Assembly: GCF_003945235.1 (NCBI RefSeq)
Contig: NZ_RSDW01000001.1
Location: 4,230,001 to 4,262,000 of the forward strand
DNA: 32,000 bases
Direction: 5' to 3'
Origin: Edaphobacter aggregans
GTDB taxonomy: Bacteria > Acidobacteriota > Terriglobia > Terriglobales > Acidobacteriaceae
The notes below the pieces were generated by a model. That model searched no databases. It worked only from the letters and a program-made list of their open reading frames with translations, and was not told the origin of the DNA. The translations under genes and the position numbers were made by a program. Position 1 is the first letter of the stretch, and the number at the start of each line of letters is the position of its first letter. Positions 15,589-23,600 of this stretch are shown one piece after another.

Positions 15589-18500
15589 ATGGCTGACGTA
15601 CAAAGGGTTCATAAGACGCGCGACAGGTCACAGGCTGCTAGGTCTGGGGGCCAGGAACCGCCTGCGCCGGCCGCAGCCCCCGCTGCACCAGCGTGGCTTG
15701 CGGCGCCTACGGCTGCGCCGTTCTCGATCGGCGGAGTGCAACGCAAGGTTGCTATTGGCGCGAGCAACGATGCCTACGAACGCCAGGCAGATCAGGTTGC
15801 AAACCGGGTGGCAAGTGGTGGCCGTATAGCGCCCGGTTCTATTTCCAGCATCGCGCCAGGCGCGCTTGGCCAGCGCCAATCCAAAGACGAGAAGAAAAAA
15901 GGGCCGGCATCCGCTCCGCCAGTACAGCGGGAAGTCAAGCCTGAAGATAAAACCAAAGACGCAAGAGCAGCAATGCCGGTGCAGAAGCAGGCAAAGCCTG
16001 ACGATAAGCAAGATAAGAAAGCAGCGCCAGTACAGAGGGAGACGAAGGCGAAAGACAGAAAGCAAGACAGCGACGCAAAAGCACCGGCCGTCCAGCGCGC
16101 CGGGAAGGACGATAAGGAAAAGCGGGAAGAAAAAAAGCTTGAGGACAAGCTACCTCCAGCGGTGCAGCGTAAGGTGCGCCCTGAAGATAAGAAGAAGATA
16201 GAAAGAGACTGGTCGGCTCCTTTGCAGATGAAGTCCAAGCCCGAGGAAAAGGACAAGACCGCGCCCCTATCTCCAGTACAGAGAGAATCGAAATCAAAAG
16301 AAGATGAGAAGAACGATTTATCCGCTGCTGCTCCTATCCAGCGCGCGGACAAGCCTGAAGAGAAAAAGAAAGACGAGAAACCCGCGGCTCCTGCACCGCT
16401 TCAGAAACAAGCGAAGCCCGAGCAGAAGAATAACAAGAAGGAGGATTCGCCAGGGGCTGCACCTGTTCAACGTGCCGAAACCAACCAGGTCCCCAGGCAT
16501 GAGGAGAAGCCCGTCCAGACCAGCCGAGGAGGAGGAGGCGCCACGGCAGCCCCTTCGATGGAAAGCGCCGCTTCGCACGCCATCGCCAGCAAAGGGCCAG
16601 GTGTACCAATCAACTCAGGAACCCGGGGGACGCTGGAGTCCGGAATGGAAACTGACCTCAGCGATGTACGTGTCCACAGCGATACGCGAGCGCACGAGGC
16701 CTCAGAGGCGCTGAATGCTCGCGCCTTTACGCATCAGAATGACATCTGGCTAGGCCGCGGCGAATCCCAGTCCGACACGCGGTTGATGGCGCACGAAGCC
16801 GCGCACGTCGTGCAGCAAACGGGCAGCGTGCACCGGCAGTTGGTGCAAAGGGACGACAAACCGGCAGCTGCCGGCTCCAAAAACACGGGGGAAACCACTG
16901 CGGCGCCGGCATCGGGTTGGGACTACGAAGGAAAAGAGGGCAAGGTCCAGAAGGACAAGAAGCTTGTCTTGCCTCTCTTGCGAGTTCCTGATTTCAAGAA
17001 GCCGCCAATAACGCCTTCTTCTCTCACTCTGCCGCAAAAGACAGATGAGCCTCGCCCGGATACTCAACGAACGATCTGGGAAAAGGATGTCAAGGCAGGA
17101 AGCGCAATTGACACAAAGCTCAACAAGAAGATTGCGGATGAGAAGGCCCCCAGTCTGCAAAAGAATGGTGAACCCAACTATTTCCTTCAACTCAAGGGTC
17201 AGGATATTTACCTGATCGGCTCGAAAGATACATTGAAGCAAGGTCTTCTGCGGCCTTATTGGGAGCCTTCAGGAAGGCCCAACTCGTTTCAGGTGGACCA
17301 CAAACAAGAACTTCAATTAGGGGGCACCAATTCCATAGAGAACATGTGGCTCCTAGACGCGGACGCGAACATGAGTTCCGGCCGCAACATTAAGGCGGAG
17401 CGGGACTCTCGAATTCAAACGCTGCTCAATGCTGCCATCAAGAAGGGGGTTTGGAAAGAGCCGCCAGACGTAGAAGCCGTGCGTCGCGGCTACACGATCG
17501 AAGTGGAAAAAGTCATGGGCGGTCTGGATGTTGGAGGCAAGCCCGATAGCCGATGGACCAGGGAAGCAATCAAAGACGCTGCCTTGCAACTTGACGGCCT
17601 GAAATGCCTCACAAAAGACCAAATCAATAAAAAGGGCCTGCAGGGCACGGCAAGTCGGATCGTTATTTACACCAATCCGGCAGGCGGCGGAGTGCGATAC
17701 AGCGAGGGATGGCAGGACGGTCAGACTGAAAGAAAACAAGACTTTCACTTCGGCAAAATGTTTCAGATTACGAAAGTTAACTACGACCGAAACAGCAAGC
17801 AGGGCTCAGTGGAAGGGAACGTATTCCGGGGTAGCCACTTTTTCCAAGAGGTCAAATTGCCCCCTATTCCTTTGCAGGAAATGGACGTTGTCGACTACGG
17901 GGGTTTCATTTCGGTGTCCGCACTTACGCGAACGATTCAGCACGAGCTGAAACTAAAGGGTCTCAGTGCTGTGCAAATCGATGAAGCTCAGCTGACCGAC
18001 AGAGGATTGGTCGCCCGCGGCAAAGTGCAGCCCAGCATCCGGCCTTTTGACAAAGTCAGCCTCGATCTCATCATCGATGGCGACAATATTTATCTCAGCA
18101 AGGTTTTTAGTGCCGACGACTTCAATTTTCCCGGTCCCATTAAAGCGACCAGCGCAAGTCTCGAAATATTTGCGGGCACTCAGGGAGTCGGCGTTAGGGG
18201 CGACGTCCACATTGAAATTGAGCGGTTAGGCAAAGGCAAGATTACAGCTGGAGTGTCGACCAGCGAAGGGCCAAAAATCGAAGGAGACTTCGAATTTGAC
18301 ACCGATCTCTTCGACCCTGCAAAAGTTCACGTCGAGTACTTTCAAGGGAGATTCAGCGGTGGAGGCAAGATCGGCGTCAAGCCGGGCAAAGTACGCGGCA
18401 TCAAGTCTGCAAGTATTGACGCTTCTTTCACAGAAGACGTTATCGATGCTAAGGGCTCGATCATGCCTGACATTCCGGCCGTGGAACAGGCCGACCTTGC

Positions 18501-19620
18501 CATGCACTATGACGAGAAGTCCGGACTGACCATTGCCGGCGACCTGCAACTAAAGAAAGACATTCCTGGACTTGCTGATGGCTCCATTCACGCCGAAGTA
18601 AATAAAAAAGACGATAAGTACCTTGTAAAGGCGCACGGCGAGGCCACACCTAAGATCCCCGGCATTACTTCCAAGCTGATGGTGACCTACGACGATGGCG
18701 CCTTCGACGCCATCGTTATTGCGGGCTACGAAAAAGGAATGCTCAAAGGCTCGGTCATCGCGGGTGCGACGAACCGTCCGGTGGATGACAGCGGCAAACC
18801 CGGGGAAGTATCGCCCGCCAAAGCCGACAAGATCACACTGTACGGCGGCGGTTCGGTCACGCTCCAACTGGCGCCTTGGTTACAAGCCACAGCGGTTATC
18901 AAGTTCAAGCCTGACGGCGACGTTCAGGTCACCGGCAAGATCGGCCTGCCCAGCGTTCTCGACATCTTCGATGAAAAGAGGATCGACAAAAATATTTTCA
19001 AGATCGGCATTTATATCCCCATTGTGCCCGGTGTTGCCTTAAACGTCGGCGGTGGAGTTGACTTGAGCGCGGGTATCGGACCGGGACAATTGCAGGAGGT
19101 GGAGGTAGACGTCACTTACGATCCTGCGAAAGAAGATGAGACCAATGTGCACGGCCACGCTGCGCTGCATATACCCGCCCATGCTGGGTTGCGCATGAAT
19201 GTGCACGCGGCGCTCGACGTCGGTGTCCCCCTTGCCGACGTCGAAGGGGGAATTGAACTGGGTGGAACGCTGGGGATTGCAGGCGCGCTCCACGCTGGAG
19301 TTGACATTGATTGGACGCCGAAGAAAGGTCTCGTCCTGGACGCAAGCGCCGAAATTTATGGCGAGCCCAAGTTCAGATTCGACATAACCGGTTATGTCAA
19401 AGTGGAAGTTGGCGTCGGGCCTCTTTCGGAAACGCTCTGGGAAAAAAGGTGGGAGCTGGCTGCCATTGAATATGGCTCTGGCCTGCGCCTGGGACTTAAG
19501 TTGCCGGTTCATTACCAAGAAGGTAAGCCCTTCAACGTTTCACTTAGCGACATACAATTTGAAGTTCCGAATGTGGATCCAATGAGCGTCCTCAAGGGAC
19601 TTATCGACCAGATTACGTAA
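15589..19620 (+). CDS. DUF4157 (eCIS-associated HExxH domain) protein, putative eCIS cargo/toxin: charged repeat N-terminus, DUF4157, HNH-like motif, Gly-rich beta-type C-terminal domain
   Basis: ATG 15589 (MADVQRV...) is preferred over the track start at 15514, which overlaps the ATPase gene by 46 nt. The DUF4157 signature is LESGMETDLSDVRVHSDTRAHEASEALNARAFTHQNDIWLGRGESQSDTRLMAHEAAHVVQQ (about 16600-16830; HEAAH at 16792-16806). The gene lies directly after the AAA+ ATPase, where eCIS loci usually encode payloads. Confidence 0.9.
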   Translation: MADVQRVHKTRDRSQAARSGGQEPPAPAAAPAAPAWLAAPTAAPFSIGGVQRKVAIGASNDAYERQADQVANRVASGGRIAPGSISSIAPGALGQRQSKDEKKKGPASAPPVQREVKPEDKTKDARAAMPVQKQAKPDDKQDKKAAPVQRETKAKDRKQDSDAKAPAVQRAGKDDKEKREEKKLEDKLPPAVQRKVRPEDKKKIERDWSAPLQMKSKPEEKDKTAPLSPVQRESKSKEDEKNDLSAAAPIQRADKPEEKKKDEKPAAPAPLQKQAKPEQKNNKKEDSPGAAPVQRAETNQVPRHEEKPVQTSRGGGGATAAPSMESAASHAIASKGPGVPINSGTRGTLESGMETDLSDVRVHSDTRAHEASEALNARAFTHQNDIWLGRGESQSDTRLMAHEAAHVVQQTGSVHRQLVQRDDKPAAAGSKNTGETTAAPASGWDYEGKEGKVQKDKKLVLPLLRVPDFKKPPITPSSLTLPQKTDEPRPDTQRTIWEKDVKAGSAIDTKLNKKIADEKAPSLQKNGEPNYFLQLKGQDIYLIGSKDTLKQGLLRPYWEPSGRPNSFQVDHKQELQLGGTNSIENMWLLDADANMSSGRNIKAERDSRIQTLLNAAIKKGVWKEPPDVEAVRRGYTIEVEKVMGGLDVGGKPDSRWTREAIKDAALQLDGLKCLTKDQINKKGLQGTASRIVIYTNPAGGGVRYSEGWQDGQTERKQDFHFGKMFQITKVNYDRNSKQGSVEGNVFRGSHFFQEVKLPPIPLQEMDVVDYGGFISVSALTRTIQHELKLKGLSAVQIDEAQLTDRGLVARGKVQPSIRPFDKVSLDLIIDGDNIYLSKVFSADDFNFPGPIKATSASLEIFAGTQGVGVRGDVHIEIERLGKGKITAGVSTSEGPKIEGDFEFDTDLFDPAKVHVEYFQGRFSGGGKIGVKPGKVRGIKSASIDASFTEDVIDAKGSIMPDIPAVEQADLAMHYDEKSGLTIAGDLQLKKDIPGLADGSIHAEVNKKDDKYLVKAHGEATPKIPGITSKLMVTYDDGAFDAIVIAGYEKGMLKGSVIAGATNRPVDDSGKPGEVSPAKADKITLYGGGSVTLQLAPWLQATAVIKFKPDGDVQVTGKIGLPSVLDIFDEKRIDKNIFKIGIYIPIVPGVALNVGGGVDLSAGIGPGQLQEVEVDVTYDPAKEDETNVHGHAALHIPAHAGLRMNVHAALDVGVPLADVEGGIELGGTLGIAGALHAGVDIDWTPKKGLVLDASAEIYGEPKFRFDITGYVKVEVGVGPLSETLWEKRWELAAIEYGSGLRLGLKLPVHYQEGKPFNVSLSDIQFEVPNVDPMSVLKGLIDQIT
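15870..16525 (+). repeat. In-frame degenerate tandem repeat: about 10 units of [P/A]-[V/L/I]-Q-[R/K/M] followed by a Lys/Glu/Asp-rich spacer (16-24 aa per unit)
   Basis: The units, read directly from the translation, are: PVQREVKPEDKTKD, PVQKQAKPDDKQDKK, PVQRETKAKDRKQDSDAK, AVQRAGKDDKEKREEKK, AVQRKVRPEDKKKIERD, PLQMKSKPEEKDKT, PVQRESKSKEDEKND, PIQRADKPEEKKKDEK, PLQKQAKPEQKNNKKED, PVQRAETNQVPRHEEK and PVQTS. Isolated VQR motifs also occur at about 15598, about 15739 and about 16843. The DNA here is strongly purine-rich on the coding strand. Confidence 0.75.
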
Positions 19621-19640
19621 CCACGTGATGGAGGTGGGTT

Positions 19641-20693
19641 ATGCAAGACGATACAACGTTTTCTCTCACCGGCGCGAGCCGGCTGAACGGCAGCGGTGGC
19701 GTGAACGGCCAGAAGTTCGGCTCGCGCGACGCTAACGATCGAGGCGCGCGGCGACACCTCGAGGGCGATGTGGAAGGAGCAAAAGCTGAATACCTGTCGG
19801 CACTCGAACTGGATTCCGGCAACGCGACTGCGCATAACAATCTCGGTTTCCTGCTGTCCCAGGAAGGTCAATTAGACAAGGCCATCGCCCATTACCAGCT
19901 AGCCCTCGAAATTGACCCGCAGAAGAGCATGGCCATGGCCAACATGGGGCTCGTAGAGGGCGCTCAGGGCAATGATAAGGCCGCTGTGGAATGGCTTCGC
20001 CGCGCGGTAGGGGCCAACACTGGCAACGTTCTTGCCTGGGATAATCTAAGCCGATTGCTGCTGAAAATGGGCCGGCTTACCGAGGCCGAAGCCGCGGCGC
20101 GAACTGCCCTGGAGGCCGCACCCCATGAGGGGCGCTTTTACCTCACCTTGGGACTGGCCGTCGCCGGGCAGCAGCGCCTGACGGAAGCGGTCGAGATATT
20201 CAAACGCACTGTCCACCTTGATCCTAATTCAGCAAATAGCTGGGAACAATTGGGCGTAGTGCTCTGGCTCCGGCAGGATCTGGGTTCTGCAGCCGACGCT
20301 CTTCGGCGCGCCGTTACGCTCGACTCGCAAAGCGTCTCGGCTCGCTATCATCTGGCCCTGGTTCTGTTGACCAGGGGCGAGCACGAAGCCGCGGTCAAGG
20401 AGCTGGAATCTGTTCTGGCCATCGAACCGGGTCATGCCGCCGCGCAACTAGATCTGGCGGTACTTTCAGTCTCGCAGGGCGATGCCGCGGGGGCTCTCGA
20501 CAGACTGGAAGTAATCCTGCACAGTGACCCGGAGAATCCGCGGGCCCTTTTTTACCGCGCGGTCGCACTTGATCAGTCGCAGCGAACTAGCGAAGCCACG
20601 GAGCTCCTGCAGGCACTGGCTGACGCCGGCAAAGGCAAGTATTCGCAGCGAGCGCACGTCTATCTGGAAGAAAGGAGCGGGAGACACTCCTAG
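19641..20693 (+). CDS. Tetratricopeptide (TPR) repeat protein
   Basis: GGAGG (19630-19634) lies 6 nt before the ATG. About eight consecutive 34-aa TPR units are visible, for example AEYLSALELDSGNATAHNNLGFLLSQEGQLDKAIAHYQLALEIDPQKSMAMANMGLV and ...FKRTVHLDPNSANSWEQLGVVLW. The gene starts 20 nt after the DUF4157 gene and ends 6 nt before the next gene. Confidence 0.9.
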   Translation: MQDDTTFSLTGASRLNGSGGVNGQKFGSRDANDRGARRHLEGDVEGAKAEYLSALELDSGNATAHNNLGFLLSQEGQLDKAIAHYQLALEIDPQKSMAMANMGLVEGAQGNDKAAVEWLRRAVGANTGNVLAWDNLSRLLLKMGRLTEAEAAARTALEAAPHEGRFYLTLGLAVAGQQRLTEAVEIFKRTVHLDPNSANSWEQLGVVLWLRQDLGSAADALRRAVTLDSQSVSARYHLALVLLTRGEHEAAVKELESVLAIEPGHAAAQLDLAVLSVSQGDAAGALDRLEVILHSDPENPRALFYRAVALDQSQRTSEATELLQALADAGKGKYSQRAHVYLEERSGRHS

Positions 20694-20699
20694 TGATCC

Positions 20700-23600
20700 A
20701 TGAATGCTGCCATCGCCCAGCCCGATCCTATCGTCCTGCCGCAGGTCGCCGAGTCACGCGCGTTGCCGCACGAGCTCAAGGATTTCCGCGGCCATCACGC
20801 CGGCGAAACCATCCTCGTCTGCGGCTGTGGATCGTCGTTGTCGGATATTGTCTCTCCGGACCGCTTCATTACTATCGGGGTCAACGATGTGGGCCGGCTA
20901 TTCCAACCGGATTACCTGGTTGTCTTGAATCCCAGGCAGCAGTTCCACAACGACCGTTTTCAATTCGTTGAGCAGAGTCGCGCCCGCGCCATCTTCACAC
21001 AACTGAATTTGGGCATCCTTCATCCTCACATCGTCCGCTTTCGATTGGGAAAATTCGGTGGCGTAGATTTCTCCGACCATTCTTGCCTGCACTACACCCG
21101 AAATTCTCCGTACCTGGCCATGTGCCTAGCGATTCACATGGGTGCCACGAGGATCGGACTGATCGGGGTGGATTTCAATGCCGATCATTTCTTCGCAAAA
21201 ACAGGCCAGCATCCGCTCACCCGTCAGCTTCCGCAAATCGATCAGGAGTATAAGCGTCTCTATGATGCCTGCAACAGGCAAGGGATAGAAGTCGTCAACC
21301 TAAGTGCCAACAGCCGTCTCACAGCACTCCCCAAAATGTCACCCGAAGAGTTCGCATCGCGTGGGCAATCGAAGAAGTCTCTGAATGTGGTTTCCTATTC
21401 CACTACACCTGTAGCAGGCGTGCCTGCCATCTTGGCCAGGTGTATCGCATCCCGCACTGCGCACACCTGCCGCACAGTGTGGGCAACAAAAAGCTATTCC
21501 AACGGTGTGGCTTTTGACGGAGATGTTGAGTGGCAGCGGTTACCCGAGGTCGCCGAAACGCTCTTGCGATCTGCCGATTTGGTGATTGTCCACAATGGAA
21601 AAGTAGATGAGCGCCACCGGGCATTCCTTCGCAACAAGCCGATTATCACCATGGCCCACAATTACATCTCGAACATCGACCAGGCATTCTTGCAGCAAGG
21701 ATTTCCCGGTGTAGTCGTCGGCCAGTACCAGGCCGCTCTGCCCGAGTTTAAGGGGTGGCACGTGGTCCCCAATCCCGTACCGTTGTGGGAGACCGCGTTT
21801 CAGCCCATCGCTAAACAGCTGCCCATCACGATTTGTTACACCCCTTCCGGGAAGCACGATACCTATCCAAGAAATCATCGGCTTTACTGGCACTCCAAGG
21901 GTCATAGTTCAACCATACGAGTGTTAGAGAGCCTCGCACGGCGCTATGAAGTGCAACTTGAAGTCATCCGCGGCAGTCAAGTATCCCATGCCGAATCGCT
22001 CGCCATGAAGCGTCGCGCCCACATCGTGATCGATGAATGCGTTACTGGCAGCTATCATCGAAATAGCTTGGAAGGGTTAGCCCTCGGTTGCGTGGTCGTG
22101 AATGGAGTAGGCAGCGTGCCGTCGATCGCAGATCTGCTCACTCACTGCGCTGGTGGGGCCGTGGAGATTCCGTTTGTGCAGGCCGGCCTTGATGATTTGG
22201 AACGAGTGTTGACCATCCTGATAGAACGTGGCGCCGCGGCGCTTGTCGCGCAGGGAGAGCGCAATCGCAGATGGATGGAAGAGCGATGGGACTTTCGACA
22301 GCAATGGACACGTTTCTGGGAACCTGCGGTCGATCAGGCAACTCGGCCGCGACGGCATAGTGCTGCCAGCGTTCACCTCGCTCATAGCGCCCCCCTTAGA
22401 GGAGAAAAAGGCGTGAGCCACCAAATAGCGGCGACTGTACTAGCAGAGGGATTAAGCGTGGTTGTTTGTCAGGGCGGAAAGGAGCGTTTGCCTCAACTCG
22501 GAGCATCACTGGCCAATCTTCGGCAATGCGAGGGTGTGAGCGAAATCATCGTGGCAGAGATGGGCTGCGCCCCTGTCGCCGAGGAACTGGCTCGTCGCTG
22601 GGCAGACAAGTACGCGTTTGTGAAAGCCGATGATGCTTTCGAACGGGCACGCGCTTTAAACATAGGTACTTCCCTGGCAGAGTACGACCTGGTCCTTTGG
22701 ATGGACAACGACCTGATCATGTCCCCGGACTTCATTAGCAAAGCAGTCAAAGAGATGCGTGCAAACGGGTTGGACTATTTGATCCCTTACGCTCGATTAG
22801 ACTGCTTGTCGGCATCCGATAGTAAGGCCGTGATGCAAGGAGTTTGTAACCCCGCGGATTGTGCCGTCGCTGGCGTGTATCTACCGCTCCGCCCCGCTTA
22901 TGGAGGGGCGGGAATCGTCAAACGATCTTTCATTCTCGAATACGGAGGAATCTCAGAAGACTTTCGAGGTTGGGGTGGGGAAGACGATGCCTGGTGGCAT
23001 AAAGCCAGCCTTCTCGGACGGGCCGACGTGACTCAGCAGCGAAATCAATCCCTTCATCATCTGTTCCACCTAAACTCCGGCTCTTACACAAAGCAGAAGG
23101 AGAGCAATCCACACTACTCCCGAAACGTGGCTGCGCTTAAGGAGATCTCTTCCGTTCGCGACCGCGAGACTTTCCTTAAGCGCTTTCAGCCGCCGCGGGT
23201 CTCATGGAGCTGGGAGAATAAATCCATAGCGTTCGTCAGCCGCCATATTGGTTCGGACTCTTTGCCCAGTGCTGTGGCGCATCACCTGTCGAAATTGGTC
23301 TTAGGCCAGGTTCTTCCGCAAGTCCTGACCGATAACGATGTTGCCTCTAAGGACTGGTTTGCAAAGAATTCGCCCGATGCCCTGGTCCTCTGCGGTCTGG
23401 AGTCGGCTATACCCGTCTTAGCCGATGAGGCGCAGAGTGCGATATGGAGAAAAACGATTGTTATTCATACTGGAGGAGACCTGACGGTTGATGTTGCACA
23501 ACCGCTGCAACGAGCGGGAGCGATCGTCTGCCTGAGTGGTGCGGATGCGACACAACTCCGAAAGGCGGGGCTGCGGCCATGGACTTGTGGCCGGTCCGCC

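Noticed and set aside
15870-16525. The purine-rich periodic DNA could have been a CRISPR-like or satellite repeat.
   Set aside because: The periodicity exists at the protein level only (the PVQR motif). The units are unequal in length and degenerate at the DNA level, and they lie in frame within a long ORF. There is no repeat-spacer architecture.
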